From NCBI GenBank assembly GCA_964538065.1, contig CAZIDG010000001.1, forward strand, positions 73,998 to 137,997: a stretch of 64,000 bases of DNA, given 5' to 3'. The notes beneath the pieces were generated by a model. That model was not told where the DNA came from, did no database searches, and worked only from the letters and a program-made list of their open reading frames with translations. Source of the stretch: an uncultured Verrucomicrobiota bacterium (lineage in GTDB: Bacteria; Verrucomicrobiota; Verrucomicrobiia; Limisphaerales; UBA1319). The position numbers and the translations under genes are program-made. Positions 1 to 9,492 of this stretch are shown here, piece after piece (position 1 is the first letter of the stretch; each line of letters begins with the position of its first letter).

Positions 1-11
1 GCCTTTTCGTT

Positions 12-683
12 TCATCCACGTCTGCGTCCGTGGATTATCATGTGCCTGTTGGAGACCTGTTCCACTGAAAAATACTCCAGTTGAAAGGCCTTCAATTGGG
101 CTCGCACCTCTTCAGTCGTAAAGGCTGCCAGGAGGGAATTGTAAAAATCACGTCTCAGCACCTCTGGTTCTCCCTGGGTGTTATCTTCTGTAAGTCGCTG
201 AGCATCAATAAGTGTTGGAGGACGGTAAAGGTCCACGATATAAACGGCACATCCCGGCCTGGCTTGTTCACATACCGTTTGCCAGAGCACCTCTGGATGG
301 GGCAAATGGTGAAGAAGGCTGTTGCTGATCACGGCCTTGTATTCCATCTGCGGTATTGCGGCACCTGGGATGTATCCTTGAATAAACTCGATCCGACCCT
401 GGAATTCCTTCCGTCGTTTTAGGGCTTCACGTCCACAGTTCAGCATGGCCTCCGAACCGTCCACACCCACGATATGAGCTTGAGGAAAGGCGGAGGCAAA
501 ACGGAACATGACATCACCAGGACCACAGCCCAGATCAAGCACGGGCCCTGCAAACGTCTCACCCGGAAAACGGGCCTGGCAAAGACGGACGAAGTTATTA
601 TGCGGTTCGCTGAAGTCAGCGTTGGCATAGGCCCGCGCCTGTTCAGCTTCCGTCATCAATTCTGGTTCAACTTGTCGCTGCAT
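12..683 (-). CDS. class I SAM-dependent methyltransferase (substrate unknown)
   Basis: 223-aa ORF with ATG start. SAM-binding motif I VLDLGCGPGD, followed by VGVDGS and AVYIVDL strands typical of Rossmann-fold methyltransferases. Confidence 0.8.
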   Translation of the reverse strand: MQRQVEPELMTEAEQARAYANADFSEPHNNFVRLCQARFPGETFAGPVLDLGCGPGDVMFRFASAFPQAHIVGVDGSEAMLNCGREALKRRKEFQGRIEFIQGYIPGAAIPQMEYKAVISNSLLHHLPHPEVLWQTVCEQARPGCAVYIVDLYRPPTLIDAQRLTEDNTQGEPEVLRRDFYNSLLAAFTTEEVRAQLKAFQLEYFSVEQVSNRHMIIHGRRRG

Positions 684-827
684 ACCTTAAGACGGTTTAT
701 AAAACACACTACTGACAGGGTTTGCAGGATTCCAGACCAATTATGCCGATTCATGCTCGCTGGGTGCAATCAGCCCCTCATGGCGTGTCTATGGCGGAGC
801 GTCATCGTGGCATCCATGGGTGCGTGT

Positions 828-867
828 AAACAAAGAGAAAGGCATGTGTCTTGTGAACACATGCCTT
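828..867 (-). terminator. rho-independent terminator downstream of the glycoside hydrolase gene
   Basis: Perfect 11-bp inverted repeat aaggcatgtgt (839-849) / acacatgcctt (857-867) with a 7-nt loop. On the minus strand it is followed by UCUCUUUGUUU (complement of 828-838). Confidence 0.6.
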
Positions 868-934
868 GGCATCTGGCTTGAAATGAACTGAGCCAGCGAC
901 CGCTTTGAGTGTATTGGACTATTGCATGGGGCGC

Positions 935-3466
935 TTATTTGTTGACCTGCCATTCGAGGATGCCTCCCGAGAAGGTCGGCTTGAGGCTGGCTTCGATGCG
1001 GAGCGAGGTGGTATTTACGGGATCAAAGGTGACCTTGTTGAAGGTGTCCCTGGCGGTTCCACCGGCTTTCTTCAAGTCGACAGGCACCCATTGACCATTT
1101 TGCAGGCTGAGCACTCTCCAGGACGCCGGTAGACGGCAATGGCCGCCTGTTGATTCATCATCGAACCAATAAACTGCCACGCTTTTGACGGTCATGGGTT
1201 TGTCGAAGTTATATTGAACCCATTCGGTTGTGCCCCGGTGATCCCACCAAGTGAAACGAGGCACGGATTGGTCATTGGATTGGACTGGGACAATGTCATC
1301 TCCAAGGGCGTCAAGAGTGTCGCTCGGGCATACATGGGAGGCGCTGGCTTTATAAGCCGATGGCTTGGGTTGGGAGGGAGCCTGCCAGACATGTGCGCGC
1401 GATCCCTTGCCAATGACCGGGAAGGAGGAGATGCGCAAACGTGCAGCCCCCATGGGCACGAGAGTCACGGTTTCAACCGGTTCATCGGAACGCACAGGGC
1501 TGGGTTGGAGCACGGCTGCCAGTCCATGGCGATCCAACTGCCAGGCAGGGATGCGTTGAGCCTTGGCGCGCAGCTCGATGGGATTACCCGCATGCGTGAA
1601 GGGTTGCGTCGCCAGTGGGCCCGGTTTGCGGACGATCTCGAAGGACTTGGCAGGATTCCCTGTCTTCAGGACCAATCCATAATTCCAAGGCGTTGTTGAA
1701 TACACCTCCCATTCAGGCCAGGCCTCAGAGTTGCCATATTTTTCCCATCGCTCATCGATTTTAAGGGCGAAGGTGAGGGGGCCGTAATCGACTGAAACCG
1801 AGTTCTTATTCTTCGTCCAAGTCCGCACCTGGATGGACATGGGGAGCTTGAGCGACACAGTGTCGCCATTCTGCCAGAGACGATCAATCCGAACGAAGGC
1901 CATGGCATCACCCTTCACCTTGGTGGTTTTCCCATTAATGGTGACCACAGGCTGTTTGCACCAATGGGGCACGCGCAGATAGAGCGGGAGCGCCACTGAC
2001 TTGGGAGTAACCACTGAGAATTGGATGGTGTCCTCAAATGGGTAATCGGAAGTCTCTGTTAGGGTAACGGAGGTGCCATCAGCCACCTTGGCCTTGACTT
2101 CGGAGGCGGCGTAGAGGGAGGCGCACAGACCCTTGTCCGTCGTGGCATGCCAGAGTTCCTCGGCATAGTATGGCCAGCCGTGAGAGACGTTGTGCTGGCA
2201 ACAGCGATAGACTTGATAGGGGCTGTAGGAAAGCATGGTCCCGCCGTTTTGAATGCCCGGACTCTTGTTGTTGCGATCCAATTGTACCATGTTGGCGCCG
2301 GTCAGGTAGTGGAGCGCCTTTTGATCCGGGGTCATGGCTGCCGGAAATGAATTGAAGGCGATTTCCTCGCATCGATCCGCCCAGATGGGGTTTCCGGAGA
2401 TCTTCATCAACATTTCGAAGCTGTGCATGAATTCGACGATGCCGCAGGTTTCAAAGCCCTGGCGGGGATCATTGAAACCGGGACGGCAATTTTCATCCCC
2501 GGCCAGTCCGCCTCCTGGGAATTGACCGTACAAGCCCATGACCTTCTGATAATTACGCTCCGCGGCATCCAGCAGATGTTGGTCATGTCCTTGTGGGTAA
2601 AACACCGCGGGGGCGCGGAATCCTTGGGCGATATTGACGTTGTGCCAATCAATGACATCGGTTTTCCAATCGGCCATGTTCTCATGAATCGCACGGGCCA
2701 GATCCAGCAACCAGGCTTCGCCTGTACGGTTGTAGAGCCAATGGAGACTTTCGATATTATCGCCTGCGCGGATTTTGGGCCAGTACCCTTCACCAAAGGC
2801 AGTGGCAGGCAGTTGCTTTTGCCATTGGAAATAGCGGGTCATGAACGGGAGGATCCGGGCGTCTCCGGTGTATTCATAGAACGATTGGAGCACGTTGAGC
2901 ATGACCATATGGGGCCAGAGATCGGGCTTGCCATTGAGTGAGGTGAGCAGTTCGCGCGGACCGAACCAACCGTCTTCGCGCTGGCTGGCGAGGACATCCT
3001 CAATCCAACCGCGGGCTTCCTGGGTAATGCGTGGATCATTCAGCACATAGCCAAGGTCTCCAAAACCTTTGAGCCAGTACGGGAGTTCCTCCCAACCACT
3101 GTGACCTCGTCCCTCGTGATCGGCCCAGGCATTAGACTCCTTTTTAAGCCAGGGGGAGATATCCTTGAGATGTCCGGTCATGCCTTCGGTCTCAATTTCG
3201 AGCATGTGGCGCAGCCAACCTCGTGGTGTGATGGAGCCAACAGGCAATTTTAAAAGAGGTGAAGGTGAGAGTGGAGAGCGGTTGTAGGGATAGAGGCCCT
3301 GGTTCTCAACGGGTTCAATACATCGGATAGCCTGGATGCCATCTCGATCTTTGTTCTGAGTTGCAGCGGTGTCCGCGGGTAGGGTAGTGGCACCCAGTGA
3401 AGGTGTCATCATTTCTGCCAGACAGGCACAAACCGCCACTGTGGTCCAAGTCATACATTTCATCAT
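935..3466 (-). CDS. secreted glycoside hydrolase, GH127/DUF1680-like (beta-L-arabinofuranosidase-like), with extra C-terminal beta-sandwich domain
   Basis: ORF 935..3559. I moved the start to ATG 3466 (MMKCMTWTTVAVCACLA...), which gives a signal peptide. FETCG and YRCCQHN motifs resemble the Glu/Cys3 zinc-catalytic signature of GH127 as I recall it. The last ~150 aa (RFTWWDHRGTTEWVQYNFDKPMTVKSVAVYW...) look like a discoidin/CBM-type jelly roll. Confidence 0.6.
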   Translation of the reverse strand: MMKCMTWTTVAVCACLAEMMTPSLGATTLPADTAATQNKDRDGIQAIRCIEPVENQGLYPYNRSPLSPSPLLKLPVGSITPRGWLRHMLEIETEGMTGHLKDISPWLKKESNAWADHEGRGHSGWEELPYWLKGFGDLGYVLNDPRITQEARGWIEDVLASQREDGWFGPRELLTSLNGKPDLWPHMVMLNVLQSFYEYTGDARILPFMTRYFQWQKQLPATAFGEGYWPKIRAGDNIESLHWLYNRTGEAWLLDLARAIHENMADWKTDVIDWHNVNIAQGFRAPAVFYPQGHDQHLLDAAERNYQKVMGLYGQFPGGGLAGDENCRPGFNDPRQGFETCGIVEFMHSFEMLMKISGNPIWADRCEEIAFNSFPAAMTPDQKALHYLTGANMVQLDRNNKSPGIQNGGTMLSYSPYQVYRCCQHNVSHGWPYYAEELWHATTDKGLCASLYAASEVKAKVADGTSVTLTETSDYPFEDTIQFSVVTPKSVALPLYLRVPHWCKQPVVTINGKTTKVKGDAMAFVRIDRLWQNGDTVSLKLPMSIQVRTWTKNKNSVSVDYGPLTFALKIDERWEKYGNSEAWPEWEVYSTTPWNYGLVLKTGNPAKSFEIVRKPGPLATQPFTHAGNPIELRAKAQRIPAWQLDRHGLAAVLQPSPVRSDEPVETVTLVPMGAARLRISSFPVIGKGSRAHVWQAPSQPKPSAYKASASHVCPSDTLDALGDDIVPVQSNDQSVPRFTWWDHRGTTEWVQYNFDKPMTVKSVAVYWFDDESTGGHCRLPASWRVLSLQNGQWVPVDLKKAGGTARDTFNKVTFDPVNTTSLRIEASLKPTFSGGILEWQVNK

Positions 3467-3616
3467 AACGCCCAAATATAAAATGAGGATTGTCAGGCAC
3501 TTAGCCTGGTTACACCGGAGTATGAACCTGGATTCTACGGGGCTTTGACCTGTCGCCAAGCCAAAAACGATGGTTCTGAACAGTCCGTTGGCAGAGAAGG
3601 GAACAATGGTTACTGT

Positions 3617-5362
3617 TCAGGTTATTTCGAATCGTCCGGCCTTTCGCAAGCCCAGGCCCAGAGGCAACACTCCCACCAGAGCTGACCAAAGAGCGAATGC
3701 CAGCCATGGAACCGTCTGGAATACGAGCGACTGCGCATGGTGTGCTGCCCACGCTGCCCCCGTGGCCAGGATCACAATGGAGGTGGCGATGTAGATGAAA
3801 CTAAGCACCAGACAAAAAGTACCGCCAAAGCCGCTGACAATCTTGCTGGGATTGTCTTCCTTGAAATTGGGGTATACCACACCGAGACCTACCGCCATGG
3901 CGGTGAGAGTGAATGTCATGATCGTAACAGCGCCGATAAAAAACAAGGTCCGTCCCCATGGAATCTGCAACATGTGGCAGGACAGCCCCATGAGGCCGAC
4001 GGTAATGGTCAAGGCGGTGGTCAGTGCGAACCAGAATTTGACGGTTATGACCCTGGCAAGTCCCATGGGTGCCATGCCCACAATCCAGGAGCGTTTGCCT
4101 TCCAGAGAAAACTGGGGATAAACAAAGCGGGTTGTGAGAGTGGCCAGGTTGAGCGAACAGGCCAATAGATTCAAATAGGACACGAGGTTAACCCAAAAGG
4201 GATTGGAGAACTGTTGGGAAAAATGCCGCAGGTTGATGATGTACATCCCCAACAGGCCAAAGAGAACCAGGGTTTGTCCCCATTGCGTGGTGTCGCGCCA
4301 AAACATGCGGGCATCCTTCACACACAAGGCACGAACATCAGGACGCAGGCCGGGGATGAGCCCAGCGATGAGCTCAAGCGCGCCCCGTTGAGGGTGCGCA
4401 TCAAATGAAGATCCTGGCTGGGAGGGGGTGTGTTTCCACGTGGAGAGAAGGCCGCCACGGCTTTGGGTGGCCGAGGAGGCTTCAAAGAATACCCGACCAC
4501 CCCAGGTGAAGGCCAGGGAACCAAAAAACAAGGCATGACTCAGAAGGACCATGCCGAAAAACAAGGACGTGGCCACAGCGCCTTCCGACCAATACATCAC
4601 CCCTGCCGAGAGCCAATAACTGGGCAATCCGGGGAATTGGGCGAACCGTGTGCGGACCAGGAGCCGATCCAGCACATCGATGACACGAGTCTCGAGCATT
4701 TCATCCGATACCGCAGTGGGTTTGAGTGCAAATGTGGCAAGGATGAGGAGAAGAACGCAGGCCCCCAGGGCGATGATTTGAAACGATTTTCGGTCCAGGT
4801 AACGTGCCAGCATGATCGCGCAGCATGTGCCCCCCACAGCGGGGAGCAGAATAAAAAGGCCCATGAATAAAGGGGCCACAATATAATAATGCCACTCTGC
4901 CTGTCGGGTCATGCCAAATGCCACCAGGAGCGGGGCAATCAGGAAAACGAATGCCCAGGATGCCAGAAGCGTGGATTCAATGAACTTCCACTGAAAAATG
5001 GTCTCACTCGGAATGGGCAGGGACATCAGGAATGAGGTTTCCCGATTCTTGAACAGGTTCGTGTATCCAATCACGAGATTGCTAAACCAAAGAAGGAAGA
5101 ACAGGAACGCAAACATGAGAAACAACAGGCGCTCGCTCAGCAGGGTTCCCAAGCCGGGAAAATGGCCGATAAACATCAAGCCTTTGTAAAACAGCAGGAA
5201 TGCCAGTCCGAAGTAGCCCGCAATGAAAACGCCGATCAAGAACACCAGCAGCGGAGACTGGTCACGAACGGAGAGCAACCTGCGCCAGGCCTGTCGCAGG
5301 TTTGTGGCGATCAACAATCGCAAGGGCGAATGAATCACCGATGGCATGGATTGCGTCTCCAT
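3617..5362 (-). CDS. polytopic membrane protein, putative ABC-exporter-type permease (no adjacent ATPase)
   Basis: ORF 3617..5470 is hydrophobic throughout, with more than 10 predicted TM segments. N-terminal LLIATNLRQAWRRLLSVRDQS followed by a TM is typical of ABC-2/putative-ABC-exporter permeases. Start uncertain: ATG 5470, 5362 or 5347. Confidence 0.5.
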   Translation of the reverse strand: METQSMPSVIHSPLRLLIATNLRQAWRRLLSVRDQSPLLVFLIGVFIAGYFGLAFLLFYKGLMFIGHFPGLGTLLSERLLFLMFAFLFFLLWFSNLVIGYTNLFKNRETSFLMSLPIPSETIFQWKFIESTLLASWAFVFLIAPLLVAFGMTRQAEWHYYIVAPLFMGLFILLPAVGGTCCAIMLARYLDRKSFQIIALGACVLLLILATFALKPTAVSDEMLETRVIDVLDRLLVRTRFAQFPGLPSYWLSAGVMYWSEGAVATSLFFGMVLLSHALFFGSLAFTWGGRVFFEASSATQSRGGLLSTWKHTPSQPGSSFDAHPQRGALELIAGLIPGLRPDVRALCVKDARMFWRDTTQWGQTLVLFGLLGMYIINLRHFSQQFSNPFWVNLVSYLNLLACSLNLATLTTRFVYPQFSLEGKRSWIVGMAPMGLARVITVKFWFALTTALTITVGLMGLSCHMLQIPWGRTLFFIGAVTIMTFTLTAMAVGLGVVYPNFKEDNPSKIVSGFGGTFCLVLSFIYIATSIVILATGAAWAAHHAQSLVFQTVPWLAFALWSALVGVLPLGLGLRKAGRFEIT

Positions 5363-5514
5363 CAGGCTCGTATATTCGTTGAGTTCTCTTTCGATTCGCA
5401 AGAGCAAAGACCGACATGTGTGCCAAAATGTCACGTGGCCGTCGGTGGACTTAGCGTAAGCAGCCTGCATTGGATGAAAGGTCGATTAGGGGAGGGGAAC
5501 AGAACTATCGAATG

Positions 5515-5590
5515 TGGTGGGTTGGCGGGGACTCGAACCCCGGACCAATGCCTTAAAAGGGCACTGCTCTACCGACTGAGCTACCAACCC
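5515..5590 (-). tRNA. tRNA-Lys (anticodon UUU), CCA encoded
   Basis: The reverse complement folds as a 76-nt cloverleaf: GGGUUGG UA GCUC AGUCGGU AGAGC A GUGCC CUUUUAA GGCAU UGGUC CGGGG UUCGAGU CCCCG CCAACCC A CCA. The anticodon loop CUUUUAA gives UUU. Confidence 0.95.
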
Positions 5591-5644
5591 ACGACAATTG
5601 CCAAGGACCGGGAAGGCTGCCCTTTCCGGCTTAGCGTGCGGCGA

Positions 5645-5673
5645 AACTTAATGAAAGCTACACGATGATGCAA
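5645..5673 (-). promoter_or_regulatory. candidate sigma70-like promoter upstream of tRNA-Lys
   Basis: Minus strand reads TTGCAT (5673-5668), a 17-nt spacer, then TAAGTT (5650-5645). A 9-bp hairpin (5608-5629, ccgggaagg ctgc cctttccgg) lies between it and the tRNA 5' end. Confidence 0.3.
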
Positions 5674-5733
5674 GTTAAAAGCATGATTTTAAGCTTTTTC
5701 AGAATGCTCAAATGATGCGCAATTCCTTATTCA

Positions 5734-6726
5734 TCAATGGTCTGCCGCATAAAAACGAGCCAAAACAGGGCGGTGATCTGAAGCGATTCCCCAATCTGGG
5801 GTGGAGACCACATATGTGCCCGAAAGATCCCATTCCTTGCGCATGGCTGGACTGAGGAGGATGTAATCGATCCGGCTGTAAGTTTCATCCTTGGCGTAAT
5901 AGTAGGTCCAACAGATGTTCCTTGCGGTACTGTTTCGGGATGTTTCGGCTATGGTATCTCCGTTTCTTTCGGCGGGGCGTGTGTCTTCGAGGCGGCCTTT
6001 GCCATGTCCAAGCAAGGCCTTGACCGGCGGTGCGTTTATGGTGTCGTTCAAGTCACCGGCTATCAAGATGTTGGAGTCCGGTTTGGCCGCAAGACGCTTG
6101 TCCACAATATCCCTCAACACTCTGGCTTCCATTTCGCGCATGTCCTGATCATCCGCCTGGGGTACAGGACGCTTCGATTTTAAATGAGCGGTGATCAGTG
6201 TGAAGGAATAGAGATCGGAGACTTTGATATCGACTTCGGCGAAGCCTCGTTGCACTTCGAACCGGCGTCCATTCATCAGATAGGAAAGGCTGGCATGGGG
6301 TCGGCGTGCCACGATGGGAAATTTGCTGAGGATGGCCAGGTTCAGCAGTTTATCATGTCCCTCGATCCATTCCCACTCCGGGTAGTCCAGCCCATCGGAT
6401 TTAAGGGTGGCACGCAATTCATCCAGGGCCTTTTGTCCGCCAACCTCCTGAAGAGCGAGGACATCCGGAGCCATGGATTTTATAATTTCGCAAATTTTGG
6501 CGCGTGCAGCGGCTGATTTGGCTGGGCGGTTACCCACCGACTCGAGCAGGTAATTTTCGAGGTTGTATGTTGCGACCGTAAAGGTGGCTTCCTGAGCTGG
6601 AACAACACCGATGTAAAAAATGAAAAGCACCCAACCCACGACAATCCATTTCAGCGTAGATGGGCTACAGCAAGGAAGACGAAGGAACCCAGTGGCGGGG
6701 GAATAATGGCACGTGAATTTAACCAT
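5734..6726 (-). CDS. membrane-anchored endonuclease/exonuclease/phosphatase (EEP) family protein
   Basis: ORF 5734..6912. Start placed at ATG 6726 (MVKF...), which overlaps the upstream permease stop by 8 nt. N-terminal TM LKWIVVGWVLFIFYIGVV. EEP hallmarks: ATYNLENY, VLALQEV, LIAGDLND and C-terminal SDHRPV. Confidence 0.8.
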   Translation of the reverse strand: MVKFTCHYSPATGFLRLPCCSPSTLKWIVVGWVLFIFYIGVVPAQEATFTVATYNLENYLLESVGNRPAKSAAARAKICEIIKSMAPDVLALQEVGGQKALDELRATLKSDGLDYPEWEWIEGHDKLLNLAILSKFPIVARRPHASLSYLMNGRRFEVQRGFAEVDIKVSDLYSFTLITAHLKSKRPVPQADDQDMREMEARVLRDIVDKRLAAKPDSNILIAGDLNDTINAPPVKALLGHGKGRLEDTRPAERNGDTIAETSRNSTARNICWTYYYAKDETYSRIDYILLSPAMRKEWDLSGTYVVSTPDWGIASDHRPVLARFYAADH

Positions 6727-8452
6727 TGGAGAAGGAATGCATTGTTGAGGGCTTCGGATGAGTGTGAACCAGGTGCATACTATGACGAAGAGTGGTCCAG
6801 AAATACTGACGGTGGTAAGGATAGAGGCACCGCTGTGACAGGTTGTGCCAGCAAAAATAAAGCCCAAGAGCCGTGAGGCACAAACGGAAAAGGGCTGCAT
6901 ATCCGGAGGCAATAAGGACTTGCGAGTTCACGTCGCTCAAATTCATCGCAGATCCATCGGGCTGAAAACTACTTTGAAGGTAAGCCTGGAATCCATAACC
7001 CATCAGGAAGGCTGCAAAAACAGTGGTGATCAGGTTGACCAACACATTCAAGAATACGGGCACCCCTTCCAAAGCCAAGGCCATGCCGATGCCAAAGAGA
7101 CCGCAAAAGAGGATGAGAATATTTAACCAGCCCAGGGAAAATTGCATCAGGTGATCCATCTCATAAGGAAAGCCCCCCAGATCAATGTGAATCAGCGCAA
7201 AATGGATGACGATGACAAGGAGTATGGCTGGAAGGATTTGCATCGTCATCGAAGCGATGCGTCCACCCACCAGGGTCCAAAGCTTCAAAGGAGTGACGAA
7301 CAACAACTCCATGACGCCGGTTTCCTGTTCAGCTTGAAAACTGGACGCTGCACTCCAACTCGCTACCGCTATCAGACCCCAAATCAATGCGACGATAAAG
7401 TCATTTTGAGGGATGGAGGTCGCAATGACATGGTATGTTCCAAGAAGAATGACCACCGCCAGATAGCCCAGCATGCTCATCCGGCCGGAAGCGGAGCGAC
7501 AAAAGAGCCAAAGCACAGGATTTCGTGCCAACAGCCATCGCAAACCTTGTTTATGCCAATGGATGCCAATCACAGGTGCGTTCAAGGCACGATCCCACCA
7601 TAAGCTGAACGCAGAGCGTTGGCGTTCAGTGGGATTCAAGGTGCGCGCAGCCAGGCTCCATGTCAACAGAAGCCAAAGGAGACTCAACATCAAAAAGAAG
7701 CCATATCCCATGAATAGAGACAGAGGCGATGTTGGCAGGCCGCGGGTCGACAAGGCCACCAGGGTGACTCCCTCGAAATTGGACAGGAAAATTGGGCCGC
7801 AGACGAAGGAAAAACCCCACGGTACCGAAATGTCGCGACCAGGAGACAATGCTTCCATGGCAGGCACCAGAAAGCTTGTGAACCAGATATGGCTGGTCAG
7901 GCCAAGAAACACAACGAAGAACAGTAAGGCACAGACCATGGCTCGATTGCGATGAACACACAATGAAGAGGCCATGAGACTTGCTGCCAAGGCATGTACG
8001 AAAGCCACGACACCGCCCAGCACGACCAGAAAGATGCTTTTGGAATCCAATCCCCCCAACAGCAATGGCATGAGGAGACAGGGAAACAAGGCCACGGTGA
8101 AATTCATGATGCGCATGATCCCCGCGAGGCTTTTCGCGAGCAATATTTCCGTGGATTTTAAAGGGGCGAGAAACAGGAGGGGCAGGGTTCCTTCCCTTTT
8201 TTCCCGGCTTATGCAATCTGCAAGGGTTAGGAGTGTCAACAAACTGGTCCCAAGGATCATGCAAAAACTGAGATGATTAAAGATGCCAATGCCCTGGGTC
8301 GCAATGGTGGACTTCGAGAAGAACAGCACCCAGGCTACAATGCTTGTTCCCAAGCAGCAGCCTAGAATACGCATCCCATAGGTGGTTTGGTGGCGTGATG
8401 CCGCCCGCAATTCCCGAACCACCAAGGGTATAATATTACTGTGTAAATGCAT
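6719..8452 (-). CDS. ABC transporter permease, long ABC-2-like polytopic protein
   Basis: ORF 6719..8488, whose first codon is TTG; the first ATG is at 8452. N-terminal VVRELRAASRHQTT followed by about 12 or more hydrophobic segments. It lies directly downstream of the ABC ATPase. Confidence 0.65.
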   Translation of the reverse strand: MHLHSNIIPLVVRELRAASRHQTTYGMRILGCCLGTSIVAWVLFFSKSTIATQGIGIFNHLSFCMILGTSLLTLLTLADCISREKREGTLPLLFLAPLKSTEILLAKSLAGIMRIMNFTVALFPCLLMPLLLGGLDSKSIFLVVLGGVVAFVHALAASLMASSLCVHRNRAMVCALLFFVVFLGLTSHIWFTSFLVPAMEALSPGRDISVPWGFSFVCGPIFLSNFEGVTLVALSTRGLPTSPLSLFMGYGFFLMLSLLWLLLTWSLAARTLNPTERQRSAFSLWWDRALNAPVIGIHWHKQGLRWLLARNPVLWLFCRSASGRMSMLGYLAVVILLGTYHVIATSIPQNDFIVALIWGLIAVASWSAASSFQAEQETGVMELLFVTPLKLWTLVGGRIASMTMQILPAILLVIVIHFALIHIDLGGFPYEMDHLMQFSLGWLNILILFCGLFGIGMALALEGVPVFLNVLVNLITTVFAAFLMGYGFQAYLQSSFQPDGSAMNLSDVNSQVLIASGYAALFRLCLTALGLYFCWHNLSQRCLYPYHRQYFWTTLRHSMHLVHTHPKPSTMHSFSNG

Positions 8453-8506
8453 GCAATCCGACGATTTGGATACGTCCCCAACATGCAATCCAACAATGAC
8501 TCCTGG

Positions 8507-9487
8507 TTATTGCGTCTCCCCACGGGTCACTCGCATAAAGACTTCCTCCAACCCCAATTCCTCCTCCTCCAATCCCAACAGCTTGATACCACCATGGACG
8601 AGGGTTTCAGCCAGGCACCCTGCATCAGTATCATGATCGCAGAGCATCACCCTCAGGCGGCCATCGACAGCGTTGACTTCAGCCACCTCCTGGCGAAGCT
8701 TAAGCAGATCAATGGCATGGGTTTCGTTGCCCGCGATCTTGATCCAGAAGATGCGTCCTGTGGCGAATTGATCACGCACCCCCTGAACAGGACCGGTGTA
8801 GATCAATTTGCCCTTTTCGATAATCGCCACCCGGTTGCACAGGTTCTGTAATTCACTCAGGATGTGAGAGGAAATGATGATGGTTTTTCCCATCCGCTGC
8901 AGTTCCTCGAGGATGGCCATGACTTCAATGCGGGCGCGTGGATCCAGGCCACTGGCGGGTTCGTCCAGGAGGAGCAGGGCCGGGTCGTGAATGAGCACCC
9001 GAGCAAGCCCCAGCCGCTGTTGCATTCCCCGACTCAAGGCTCCAATCAGGGCGCCGCTCTTCTCACTCAATCCCACCAGTTCAAGCACATCCTTGATGGT
9101 TTTTTCGCGTTTGCCCGAAGGAATGCGATAGCACGCTCCAAAAAAGTCCAGGTACTCCGTGACTTCCATATCTTTATAGACGCCAAAGAAATCAGGCATG
9201 TACCCGATGATGCGCCGAACATTGTCCGAATCCTTGACGACATCATGGCCCATGATCTCGGCGCTGCCGCCACTGGGGGCAAGGAACGTCGCAAGGATTT
9301 TGAGCGTGGTGGTTTTTCCTGCGCCGTTGGACCCTATGAAACCAAACAGATCACCCTGGTTGACCGTGAGGTTCAAATTGTACAGTGCGACGAGGTCGCC
9401 GTACAGACGAGTAAGTCCATTGGTCATGACCGCCGGCTTGGGCGTAACGGTGGAATCAGTCATAGGCGTGGGATTGGATGCGATCAT
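8507..9487 (-). CDS. ABC transporter ATP-binding protein (ABC-2/CcmA-GldA-like)
   Basis: Walker A GSNGAGKTT, Q-loop, signature LSRGMQQRL, Walker B LLLLDEP and H-loop SSHIL. Start placed at ATG 9487, 5 nt after the upstream stop; the ORF-track start 9631 overlaps the preceding gene. Confidence 0.9.
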   Translation of the reverse strand: MIASNPTPMTDSTVTPKPAVMTNGLTRLYGDLVALYNLNLTVNQGDLFGFIGSNGAGKTTTLKILATFLAPSGGSAEIMGHDVVKDSDNVRRIIGYMPDFFGVYKDMEVTEYLDFFGACYRIPSGKREKTIKDVLELVGLSEKSGALIGALSRGMQQRLGLARVLIHDPALLLLDEPASGLDPRARIEVMAILEELQRMGKTIIISSHILSELQNLCNRVAIIEKGKLIYTGPVQGVRDQFATGRIFWIKIAGNETHAIDLLKLRQEVAEVNAVDGRLRVMLCDHDTDAGCLAETLVHGGIKLLGLEEEELGLEEVFMRVTRGETQ

Positions 9488-9492
9488 GGAGT

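Noticed and set aside
3576-3620. 9-bp inverted repeat ctgaacagt/actgttcag at the stop of the permease-like gene as a terminator
   Set aside because: The loop is 27 nt, and the U-run follows only after a 7-nt gap, which makes it weak as an intrinsic terminator. One arm is coding sequence.
5515-5733. tRNA-Lys as an integration site for a genomic island
   Set aside because: No integrase, recombinase or phage genes flank it, and I found no direct repeat of the tRNA 3' end. The flanking genes look like ordinary co-directional chromosomal genes.
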